IMG/VR virus record: IMGVR_UViG_3300006921_000009
Location: 1-64,000 of that record
Origin: a virus
Length of the DNA stretch: 64,000 bases
Reading direction: 5' to 3' (one strand)
The position numbers were made by a program, and so were the translations under genes. Below are positions 37,196-45,556 of the stretch, one piece after another (position 1 is the first letter of the stretch; each line of letters starts with the position of its first letter). Below the pieces are notes generated by a model. The model was given only the letters and a program-made list of their open reading frames with translations. It was not told the origin of the DNA and ran no database searches.

Positions 37196-37372
37196 TTGAG
37201 AGTTACTGATTAGCTAGAAATTTCAATGTTATAGCGAGTATGGGTCTGATCCTATCCTACAAACACTAAAGCTGGGCAAGCCCATCTGCAGTTCTACTTT
37301 AGCATAAGAGTTTAGCGATACTCCGATCACTGACTTCTCCATTCTACCGTTACTAGTAATAGTAACTCTCAA
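37196..37372. ncRNA. Candidate structured RNA closed by a perfect 12-bp inverted repeat
   Basis: TTGAGAGTTACT (37196-37207) / AGTAACTCTCAA (37361-37372); nested GAGTAT/ATACTC, CTAAAG/CTTTAG, TGGGC/GCCCA. Confidence 0.5.
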
Positions 37373-37559
37373 TATTTTAATTCTAAGGTTTAATAAAAAT
37401 AGAGTATATAATAGTAATCTGCCCTTTCTAGGATAGATTAAAAATTACTGTGTCCTGTTCAACTCCACTGTAGAAATTGAATCAGTTATCCTCTATACGA
37501 ACTCTTGGGTTAGTGCACTAACTCTTGGGTCCTCACATGCAGTGTTTTAGCCGGTGATA

Positions 37560-37781
37560 CTAAAGGAGATCTTTGTTATCCTTTATTCCTTTGGCTGAGG
37601 TCATATGTTTAACCTGGTCTTTTAATTCTTTACCAATTACATTTCTCCAGTATCCTTCTCCAAATAGAGATTGCTTACCTGATTCTGTAACGGCTTTAAT
37701 TTGGTCTTCTAATACTTCTACGTGGGCATCAATTGCATCTATTAAAAATGCAAGTTCAAACCCGTTAAATTTACTCCTCAT
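37560..37781 (-). CDS. Hypothetical protein
   Basis: 73-aa ORF in the early block. Confidence 0.6.
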   Translation of the reverse strand: MRSKFNGFELAFLIDAIDAHVEVLEDQIKAVTESGKQSLFGEGYWRNVIGKELKDQVKHMTSAKGIKDNKDLL

Positions 37782-38070
37782 TTCCTAAAGTTTTAAATAA
37801 TTCATTCATAAGGTCGTCTGCGTGTATTGCATAACTTTCTCCTATAAAATCTACTTCGTGTTCTAAATACTCATATTTACTATGCTCGTTAGATTGTTTT
37901 TCTACTAATTTAATTAGTACCTCTATTAGTACGTCTTTATTAGTATACATAACCATATCCATACTCGCATTTTCTATTACAAATACTTGTCCACCTTTTG
38001 GTTTCCAATATGGTGTATCTGTATCTGAGTAGTTTTCATAATACTGTGCTGTTATTCTAATATCTGCCAT
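37771..38070 (-). CDS. Hypothetical phage protein (QYYENY...YWKPKGG type)
   Basis: 99-aa ORF. Confidence 0.65.
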   Translation of the reverse strand: MADIRITAQYYENYSDTDTPYWKPKGGQVFVIENASMDMVMYTNKDVLIEVLIKLVEKQSNEHSKYEYLEHEVDFIGESYAIHADDLMNELFKTLGNEE

Positions 38071-38147
38071 ATGTTTTAAATTAAACCCCCAGGATAAAAC
38101 ATCCCAGGGCTAATATGAATAATATGACTTGGATAGTATCTAATACT

Positions 38148-38309
38148 CTACTCCACGTCATCTAGTAAACTTTGTATTGTTTCTATGTTAGCCATAGAAC
38201 ATCTGATACTATCAGTGTCTGGCTCCCATATCTGTTTCTCTAATAGGTTAAAGTCTTCGTGTAATTGACTCAACCTAAAAAGAATCTCGTCTTTTACTGC
38301 TTCTTCCAT
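38148..38309 (-). CDS. Unlisted 53-aa acidic ORF (MEEAVKDEILFRL...LLDDVE)
   Basis: ATG with an A-rich leader; TAG stop. Confidence 0.55.
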   Translation of the reverse strand: MEEAVKDEILFRLSQLHEDFNLLEKQIWEPDTDSIRCSMANIETIQSLLDDVE

Positions 38310-38807
38310 TTTGTTGTTAAATTTTAGTTAATTATTTGTTTATTAGCACCATTGAGTTGCCAATGGTCACGATATAATCCAATATCTTGCTGTAAACTCC
38401 TAAGTGTATTCCTCCAACATATTACAATACAGTTGGTACACTTGATAGATTTAATTTATTTATATTCTATCTTTATTGTGCAAATACAAGCTAACTAACA
38501 ACTAAGTTGCGTTAGGATGTAAAATACAAGGACAGAGGTTTATCCTATATTACGAAGGCTTTGTTTATTAATGCACTTAAGCACTCTGGAATAATTTAAA
38601 CGGGTTTCCAGATTTAATTCCGTACCTATTACGTTATTTTTATAGTTACACAGAATATTAGAAATTTCAAATGAAACATCTTATAAGTATTAGCATTTAA
38701 CTTTACACTATGCCATACTATACTAGGAGTTAAATGTATTAATTTAACTTTAGTTTTAGGTTTATATGTTACGTTAAATTTTATAGTCATAATTTCCTTT
38801 CTATAGT

Positions 38808-39164
38808 TTATAATTCTGCGGTAAATGAACAGTATCCTGTTTCTCGAAGACAATCTAAGATTTTCTTACCTAAGTTATAATCAGCGTAATCACTCATATC
38901 CTTCGCAGTTATACCTGCTTCTTCTGCGTCTTCATTTTTATAAGTAGCTTTTCCTAAAGAATTAAAAAATGAGTCTACTTTATCATAAGATTCTTTGATA
39001 GTAGCAAGTTCTGATTCTATACCTTCAGCGTGCTCTTCCTCATCAAAATAATATTCAACAAGTTCTGGTACGTGACCTTCAGCTCCAAATCTATCTGCTG
39101 CTGTGCTACTTTGTACTGCGAACATAAACTTTCCTTCTATGTCTCCATTATAATATCTTCCCAT
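38808..39164 (-). CDS. Hypothetical phage protein (MGRYYxGDIEGKFxFxVQSS type)
   Basis: 118-aa ORF. Confidence 0.65.
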   Translation of the reverse strand: MGRYYNGDIEGKFMFAVQSSTAADRFGAEGHVPELVEYYFDEEEHAEGIESELATIKESYDKVDSFFNSLGKATYKNEDAEEAGITAKDMSDYADYNLGKKILDCLRETGYCSFTAEL

Positions 39165-39182
39165 CTTTTTCTTTGTTTTAAG

Positions 39183-39473
39183 TTAATAATTACTTTCTTG
39201 TTGTATTAGAATGTACTCTTTAATATATTCTACTACTGCTTTATGTGTATCTCTTATAGACCTTGTAAACAAAGCTTTTTCAATACTTTCTACAGGTTCA
39301 AATTGTATGTGGTCAATATCTTCTATTACGGGCATCAACCAATCCCACGATTGGTGGAATTTTAGTTCATCAAAAGTATTGTCATTTAGACCTAACACTC
39401 CTTTATTGTCGTACCAACCAATATCAGTTAGTTGCATATCCATAAACTCCGCTATTAATTTGTTTTCTTCCAT
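39183..39473 (-). CDS. Hypothetical protein, paralogue A (NKLIAEFM...SWDWLMPV)
   Basis: Shares motifs with the adjacent gene. Confidence 0.7.
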   Translation of the reverse strand: MEENKLIAEFMDMQLTDIGWYDNKGVLGLNDNTFDELKFHQSWDWLMPVIEDIDHIQFEPVESIEKALFTRSIRDTHKAVVEYIKEYILIQQESNY

Positions 39474-39774
39474 CTGTTCTATTGTTGTATTCTTTTATAA
39501 ATTCTACTATTGCTTGGTATATTACATCTATAGGCACGACGTTTTGTATGCTATAAAAATCCTTAATCATCTCACTATCATTAGAAATGTCAAGGCATTT
39601 TTGTACTACGGGCATCAACCAAGCCCAAGAATATTTATATTGCATATCACTAGGAGTAGTTGGAGTAGCTACTTTTGGATGTTTATACCCTTCAGTAAAA
39701 TATCCATATGCTGCAATACTGCAAGGTACTTTTGGTAACTCCATAAAGTCTGCTATTAATTTGTTACTTTCCAT
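39424..39774 (-). CDS. Hypothetical protein, paralogue B (NKLIADFM...SWAWLMPV)
   Basis: Shares motifs with the adjacent gene. Confidence 0.7.
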   Translation of the reverse strand: MESNKLIADFMELPKVPCSIAAYGYFTEGYKHPKVATPTTPSDMQYKYSWAWLMPVVQKCLDISNDSEMIKDFYSIQNVVPIDVIYQAIVEFIKEYNNRTDGRKQINSGVYGYATN

Positions 39775-39803
39775 CTGCGTATACAGTTTGTTTGGTTTAA
39801 TTT

Positions 39804-39838
39804 AAAAAGGGTAGTGAGAGGTTTTCTGTCACTACCCT
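39804..39838 (-). terminator. Intrinsic terminator after the T9SS-cargo gene
   Basis: AGGGUAGUGACAG-AAAAC-CUCUCACUACCCU-UUUU. Confidence 0.75.
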
Positions 39839-39846
39839 AATATTAA

Positions 39847-41202
39847 TTATTTTACAACTACAAACTTCTCTGATACACCATTAGCGTATACTTTAATAAG
39901 CATAACGTTTTTTGGTAAATTATCAGTTGGAATCAATTGTCCCATTGTATTGTAAACTTTGAATGGTCCTTGACCTATAGTAATTTCCTCTTCTTCAATA
40001 CCTGCACAATCTTGTACATCTATGTAGACTGTCAAAAACTCTGTACATCCATTAGTCATAGCTAATTCCAAAACGAATTGCGTATCTTCAGTATATGTAG
40101 AGTCTCCAAAGACTACTTCAAAACAATCAGTAACAGATTCTTGAGTGTAAACATTATCATTAATTGTTAAATCTAACGTTACAATAGAATCACATCCTGC
40201 TGCATTTGTTGTAGTATAAGTTGTAGTGTCATTGGATGCTGTATAAGTAATTCCATCAATCCAAGTATATTCTCCACAAGCCGTAACTACATCTATTGAT
40301 GTTGTTGAATTGTTGATAGTTAAATCCAAAAGGATTATTGAATCACAACCCGCAGCATTTGTAGTTGTCCATTCTACTTGGTCAGTTGAAGCAGTATAAG
40401 TGTTTCCATCTACCCAAGTAAAAGAATCACAAGCTTCCTGTACATCTATAGAATAAGTATTCGTACACGGTTCAGCACAAGTTAAAGAGATAGCAAAGTC
40501 TCCTTGAGCAATACCATATCCACCAACTGAAATCTTATATTCAGCACCAGCTGTAGTAGGCATTGTAAGTTGAGAACTACTTGTCCCACAGGCAGTAAAG
40601 TTATCATCATTAGCTGCAACTTGATTTCCCGCACAAGCATCATATACTCTTAAATAAGTATCAAAAGATGACCCGCATAAAGAAACAGTAGCTTCAGTAC
40701 CAGTTCCTATGAAAGAGTACCAAACGTCTTCCCCGGAGTTAGTACTAGAACCCCCAAAACCAGAAGCAGTAGCATTGAATGTAGTTCCTGTTTCAGAATC
40801 TCCACATTCAAGAAGAATAGCATCTGTACAGTTATCATTTGCAGGTGCAGGAGTTCCTATACATCCGTAACCGAATGTGTTTGAGTTATCTGCTCCTGAA
40901 GTTAATTCAGTACCGTCACTTGCTAATGCAATAGACCAAGAATTCTCATAAGAATAAGACCCAGCAGTATAAATTACATCTATACATCCTGACAAATCAA
41001 AACATAAGTCATAAGTAACACTTTCTGTGCCATTTCCTGGGACCCAAAGACCAATTCCGTCGTAATCTACACCATCTATTGTTAAAGAACCTCCGTTCCA
41101 CGTATCTCCGTATGAATCAGTTAAAGTTAGGGTTACATCAGTACATTGGCTGTAAGATGCAGAGCTCAGCATTAGAGCTATTGCTATAATTGTTGTTTTC
41201 AT
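39847..41202 (-). CDS. Secreted Cys-rich repeat protein with a T9SS-type C-terminal sorting domain
   Basis: Signal peptide (SYS-Q), DSYGDTWNG module, PANDNC/PPC-like module, two GCDS repeats, C-terminal KVYNTMGQ...EKFVVVK. Confidence 0.75.
   Translation of the reverse strand: MKTTIIAIALMLSSASYSQCTDVTLTLTDSYGDTWNGGSLTIDGVDYDGIGLWVPGNGTESVTYDLCFDLSGCIDVIYTAGSYSYENSWSIALASDGTELTSGADNSNTFGYGCIGTPAPANDNCTDAILLECGDSETGTTFNATASGFGGSSTNSGEDVWYSFIGTGTEATVSLCGSSFDTYLRVYDACAGNQVAANDDNFTACGTSSSQLTMPTTAGAEYKISVGGYGIAQGDFAISLTCAEPCTNTYSIDVQEACDSFTWVDGNTYTASTDQVEWTTTNAAGCDSIILLDLTINNSTTSIDVVTACGEYTWIDGITYTASNDTTTYTTTNAAGCDSIVTLDLTINDNVYTQESVTDCFEVVFGDSTYTEDTQFVLELAMTNGCTEFLTVYIDVQDCAGIEEEEITIGQGPFKVYNTMGQLIPTDNLPKNVMLIKVYANGVSEKFVVVK
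40152..40446 (-). repeat. Two tandem ~51-aa repeats (ACxxxTWxDGxTYTAS...TTTNAAGCDSIxxLDLTIN)
   Basis: Visible in the translation of 39847-41202. Confidence 0.8.
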
Positions 41203-41332
41203 ATTTATTTGTGTTTATTGGTTACAAATTAAAAAGCATCCATCCGGTGTCACTTGGTTAAGATTCTCTATGCAAATCTGTGGGCGGTTTTATTCCCATC
41301 TTTAGGATGCTTATTTGTGAGTGTTAGGTATA

Positions 41333-41570
41333 TTACCTTACTTTGATTCTGTAAACTTTCAGGCACTTGCTTTTTCTAACACCGTGCTTTCTGTTGAATC
41401 TTCGTCTTCTTCTTTTGTGTTTATCTTGGTTAATCTCAGTAGCCAGTGTGCTATTCTGTAGATCAACGTCCGATACTTCCGTTGTAGATGCATTAACATT
41501 ACAACAGTAAAAGATAGTAAATAGTATTACCATCATTATGAGCCTTACAGCTCCCATATTTCTTATAATC
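41333..41570 (-). CDS. Small protein with a signal peptide/TM and a very basic C-terminus (start uncertain)
   Basis: Hydrophobic stretch followed by KHKRRRRRFNRK. Confidence 0.45.
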
Positions 41571-41582
41571 ATAATACTTAGT

Positions 41583-41921
41583 TTATTTAGTAAATAGTAA
41601 TTCGCTTTCTCCATTCATAATTAATGTATTACCATTATTAGCTAAATAAAATCCATAAGCGTCCGAATTGTTTAGTAGAGCAGTATTATTAGTAGTCCAC
41701 GTTATCTCTGAATACACACCATTGTTGGTAAGTTTGTTATCAGATATATTGTACTGCAAGCTGCTCCAACTTGGTACATTTCCGTCTACTGTATTTAACA
41801 CCCAATCTCCATCAAATGTAGTAACATTTAACTGGACAGGTGCTGTTGGTTTAATATCTTCCTTTCTACAAGATGTAGCAAGTACGATAAGCATCATTGA
41901 TGCAATTAAAGTTTTAGTCAT
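41583..41921 (-). CDS. Lipoprotein, lipocalin-like
   Basis: Lipobox ATSC-RKED; FDGDWVL motif. Confidence 0.7.
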   Translation of the reverse strand: MTKTLIASMMLIVLATSCRKEDIKPTAPVQLNVTTFDGDWVLNTVDGNVPSWSSLQYNISDNKLTNNGVYSEITWTTNNTALLNNSDAYGFYLANNGNTLIMNGESELLFTK

Positions 41922-42033
41922 TGTGATGAATTTAAAGGTTAAAGTAAGGGGAAGAACTATTCCTCCCCTATAATGTTACTCTGTACACATACCTATTAGG
42001 CATATACATAAAGCTGTAATTGTAATAATCATT

Positions 42034-42213
42034 CTATTTAGTTTCTACCTTATCTAATGATAATACAGGTAATTTGTAGACACGAACCTTACGAGTATAT
42101 CCTGGGTTACGTTGTCCAAATTGGTCTATAGCTTTGTCTGATGACTCTGCTAATACTCTGTCTCTCACGAATTGACCTCTGTCATTCGTTGCTATTACTT
42201 TGTATACTGGCAT
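42034..42213 (-). CDS. Unlisted 59-aa ORF (MPVYKVIATNDRGQFVRD...VETK)
   Basis: ATG to TAG, fills an intergenic gap. Confidence 0.55.
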   Translation of the reverse strand: MPVYKVIATNDRGQFVRDRVLAESSDKAIDQFGQRNPGYTRKVRVYKLPVLSLDKVETK

Positions 42214-42234
42214 CTCTTCAGTTTTAAATTAATA

Positions 42235-42624
42235 CTATTGTCTTTCTAATAGTAAAACTAAGTAATCAGTTGAGCCAGGGTTTGTTGACCAAATTCTCAT
42301 CTGATTATTACTACCTTCCTCAAAAGTCCAAGTAAACCCATCAACAATTGCTTCTGTTTCTGAGTTCCATACACAAGGATAAGTAGTACCAAGCATTGTT
42401 ATTGTTGTAGACCCATAAGTTAACTCAACTACACCTTGTAATGTAGTAAAGGGTAAAGTAGTACCATTTTCTACACCATCATATCCTAATAGATTCCAAG
42501 TACCATTTACGAATGGTTCTGTAATAACTACTGGTAAAGGTGTAGGTTCATTTGGTTGAATGTTCTCTTTCTTGCACGACGTAAACGATACGATTACTGT
42601 CAGCATAATAATTAATTGTTTCAT
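42235..42624 (-). CDS. Lipoprotein, lipocalin-like
   Basis: Lipobox FTSC-KKEN; VNGTWNL motif. Confidence 0.7.
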   Translation of the reverse strand: MKQLIIMLTVIVSFTSCKKENIQPNEPTPLPVVITEPFVNGTWNLLGYDGVENGTTLPFTTLQGVVELTYGSTTITMLGTTYPCVWNSETEAIVDGFTWTFEEGSNNQMRIWSTNPGSTDYLVLLLERQ

Positions 42625-42711
42625 TTGTAAGTTTTTGTTTTAAAGTTAAAGTTAAAAAATAAGCACAACATTGTTTACCTGTAATTGTGCTGCGCTCGTT
42701 TATGTTTGTTG

Positions 42712-42822
42712 TTATGTCATACTTGTTAATGCTACTGCTGTTAGTCCTAATCCAAGTCCCAACACAATAGTTACTCCATAGGCTATAAGCTCTATGATAA
42801 ATCTTTTGTTAATCTCTCTCAT
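42712..42822 (-). CDS. Unlisted 36-aa single-TM peptide (MREINKRFIIELIAYGVTIVLGLGLGLTAVALTSMT)
   Basis: Overlaps the stop of the upstream ORF; hydrophobic. Confidence 0.5.
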   Translation of the reverse strand: MREINKRFIIELIAYGVTIVLGLGLGLTAVALTSMT

Positions 42823-43012
42823 TTGTTTCTTCTTTAAGTTCTAAAATCGCTTTTAGTTCATTTACATTAAGTTTAGAATAAATCTCAGAAAGCTTAAATC
42901 TAAATTGTTTAGGCTCTTTTTGATACTTACCACTCTCCACAAAACTATTTCTTCTATACAGTTTAGTATCTAACAGGGTAAGCTTAGTAATGAGTTTTCT
43001 CTTCTCTTCCAT
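42809..43012 (-). CDS. Hypothetical protein
   Basis: 67-aa ORF. Confidence 0.55.
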   Translation of the reverse strand: MEEKRKLITKLTLLDTKLYRRNSFVESGKYQKEPKQFRFKLSEIYSKLNVNELKAILELKEETNERD

Positions 43013-43047
43013 TAGTCTTCGTATTAAAGTTTAGTTATATTAGTGTC

Positions 43048-43153
43048 TCTGTGCCATTTCTTGTGCGGCAGAAAGAAAAAACAAAAACTCTCCATTCTAA
43101 TAGGTCAAGTTTAAGTTTTTCTGTGCCATTTCTTATGGTGCGTCAAAAAAGAA
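43048..43153. repeat. Direct repeat TCTGTGCCATTTCTT x2 with similar flanks
   Basis: 43048-43062 and 43120-43134, each followed by GTGCG.CA.AAAGAA-like sequence. Confidence 0.8.
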
Positions 43154-43302
43154 TGCAATACCACAATGGTACTACATTATTTTGTTACGAGTTTGGGTTG
43201 GAACACATTTCAGATGTGGTTACGCAACCGTTAATTTCTATAAACATTGTGATGATATTTAAAGGTTAATAAATAATTTAATAAGTAAAAAAAGAAGAGA
43301 AC

Positions 43303-43623
43303 CTAAGCTCTCTTAAAAATATCATACCAACCTTGTAATACCCAAGGTTCTCTACATATTACAAAAGCATTTTCATACTTCCAGTATCTTTTGTTGATAT
43401 GAATACAGTCTAAGTCTTTAACCATATCAGCTAGGACATCTTTATCAATGTCAAACTTTGATGGTAAATTGAACCCATAGATATACTCTGACTTTTCCCA
43501 GCTTGGCTGGTTTACTTCAACTGTATCTAAAAAGTTTAACTTTATTTCAGTTTGAAGATGTAATGTAATTCGGGAAACAAGTTTACTAACCTGTTCTTCC
43601 CATTGATAACCATAATAATGCAT
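43303..43623 (-). CDS. Hypothetical protein
   Basis: 106-aa ORF. Confidence 0.55.
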   Translation of the reverse strand: MHYYGYQWEEQVSKLVSRITLHLQTEIKLNFLDTVEVNQPSWEKSEYIYGFNLPSKFDIDKDVLADMVKDLDCIHINKRYWKYENAFVICREPWVLQGWYDIFKRA

Positions 43624-43685
43624 AATAAATAAAGTTTAACAAGTTAATAAAGAAGGGGACAACACGAAGTCATCCCCTAATAATA

Positions 43686-44138
43686 CTAGTCTAATTGCTC
43701 TTCAGCCTCAGCAACTACCTCAGATGCCTCTTCTAAGAAAGAAGAAAAATCACATTTAGTAGATACAGAAGTAGCTTGAATAGGTGTAAGACCTACAACC
43801 ATAAGTGCTTGCTCTCCTGACTTAGTAGTCACGTAATCAACATCAATGTGAACACGCTCTTTCTTAGCTGGACGGTAATCAGTATCTCTAATAGATAAAG
43901 ACATACCTTGGTTAAGAGCACCATTAATATCTCCTGCAGTCAAAGCTTTCTTAGCTTCGTTCATTTGATAAGGTGTCATAACATTGAAGTTAGCAATAGC
44001 AACAACTGAACCTCCGTTTGCAAGAGCTCTGTTAAAATCTCCACAGTTAGTAACTAATGCTACGTATTTTCCTGGAGCTGAAATTGGTGAGCGAGAACTT
44101 AAAATGTTAATCGCATCTGTTTTTGTTAAGTTTGACAT
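43686..44138 (-). CDS. Hypothetical early protein (probable start MSNLTKTD), acidic tail
   Basis: ORF followed by a GGGGA...TCCCC hairpin. Confidence 0.6.
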   Translation of the reverse strand: MSNLTKTDAINILSSRSPISAPGKYVALVTNCGDFNRALANGGSVVAIANFNVMTPYQMNEAKKALTAGDINGALNQGMSLSIRDTDYRPAKKERVHIDVDYVTTKSGEQALMVVGLTPIQATSVSTKCDFSSFLEEASEVVAEAEEQLD

Positions 44139-44365
44139 AATGTCTAAAAGTATTGTGTGATGTCTAATCACGTATTGTATAAAATAAAACTATGACACTC
44201 TCGTAGTCACACACGTATTTTTAATGGTTTATGGTAGCGACCTTACGCCTCCTCATCGGAATTAATGTAAGGGATTTACGCTACCAAATATCTTGAACTA
44301 TCTAGAGCAACAACACGGTATAAGATTATCCTGTGTTACTAAAGTAATAGTTCTAATGTCTAATG

Positions 44366-44470
44366 TTAATCTATTTTTCCAAAGCATTTAAGTAGTGTTA
44401 AACATACTAATCCTGAACCACACAGGACTAGCATATTAATTGCACCACTTGTTAAAGTTAGTAGTACCAT
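44366..44470 (-). CDS. Unlisted 34-aa hydrophobic peptide
   Basis: MVLLTLTSGAINMLVLCGSGLVCLTLLKCFGKID. Confidence 0.4.
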   Translation of the reverse strand: MVLLTLTSGAINMLVLCGSGLVCLTLLKCFGKID

Positions 44471-44474
44471 AATG

Positions 44475-44651
44475 TTATGAATTAGTTGAACAAAATGGTA
44501 ACAGCCCTGTCATAAGTATTGTACATACTGCAGACCCGCCAGCTGGAATAAGATTACCATCAATATGGAATAATATGAATGTTAATGATAAGAATACCAT
44601 AGCAAACACAAAACAAAGAAACATTGATGATTTAAAGAATGAACTTCTCAT
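44475..44651 (-). CDS. Unlisted 58-aa 2-TM peptide, first ORF of the minus-strand block
   Basis: MRSSFFKSSMFLCFVFAMVFLSLTFILFHIDG...PFCSTNS. Confidence 0.45.
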   Translation of the reverse strand: MRSSFFKSSMFLCFVFAMVFLSLTFILFHIDGNLIPAGGSAVCTILMTGLLPFCSTNS

Positions 44652-45480
44652 AATTGAAATTAGTTATAATAATTAAATAGTGATGAATAAAACATACGGT
44701 TAATTGTATGAGTAATAGGGTGTGGGTTATAGAGACACAGTCTCACTATCTCAAAGAATAGTAATTTGTCCTAAATAATTCCACAAATGTCTAGTAGGTT
44801 TGGGGTTAGGTACTACTTAAGGACTTATTGTTGTGCCTACCTATTGCAACTCGTATTAACTACTCCGTAAGTTGCCTACGGACAGATGGAAATCTGCAAT
44901 ATTACCAATAGATATCACGTCTGTAACGTACCGTCAGGAGAACAGAGGTGATATTAAGGTAATAGATATGTTTGTATGTATAAGGTGTTACGGGCTAGCA
45001 ATCCCGCTCTGCTGACCACACGTCAACACTACATCATCATCCCCAGCCATAGGCGTAGACAACGAAGTTAATTGTAATTGCTTACAACATAACACAATTA
45101 TAGTTTGCATCCAAGGAATATTAAGGACAATGCCCCCTCAGTAACCTACAAACTATGAATTTGTAAAATTTAATTTACAAAGACGGGGTACATCCCCATA
45201 ATTATGAAGGGGTGGGAGTTGATTATAATTATAACACGCTTACATTTTCTCAGAAAAAATTTAAAAAATCCCAAAAAAAATTCCAAAAAAAATTTTACCA
45301 CTTTATGATCTACTATTAACTTTAGTTATGTAAGTGTCCACCATGAATTTTAATTAACCGGTAAAACATCTTAGAAAATTACACTATAAAACCAGGAAAT
45401 AATAATCCCCAGGTAAAGTATGCTCGTCATTTACCCCCTTTTATTCATTGAGTATGTGATCAAAGTAGAAATCAAAACTA
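44652..45480. other. Non-coding divergence region (candidate genome terminus, origin or vRNAP promoter zone)
   Basis: Transcription switches strand here; long hairpins, GGGGTACATCCCC, phased A-tracts. Confidence 0.5.
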
Positions 45481-45486
45481 AATGAT

Positions 45487-45494
45487 TATCTTTG
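45487..45494 (+). promoter_or_regulatory. TAnnTTTG -7 promoter element
   Basis: TATCTTTG upstream of ORF 45557. Confidence 0.6.
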
Positions 45495-45556
45495 TGGGTG
45501 GTATAAACTACTAACTTACCCCACCTACTAAATACAAAACTTAAACACTAAACACT

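Noticed and set aside
38629-38853. 74-aa ORF as listed
   Set aside because: The listed start overlaps the upstream gene; a shorter version from MTIKFNV is possible but unsupported, so it was not called.
43051-43269. 72-aa plus-strand ORF with an internal repeat
   Set aside because: Opposite to the local transcription direction, and its peptide repeat simply reflects the DNA direct repeat.
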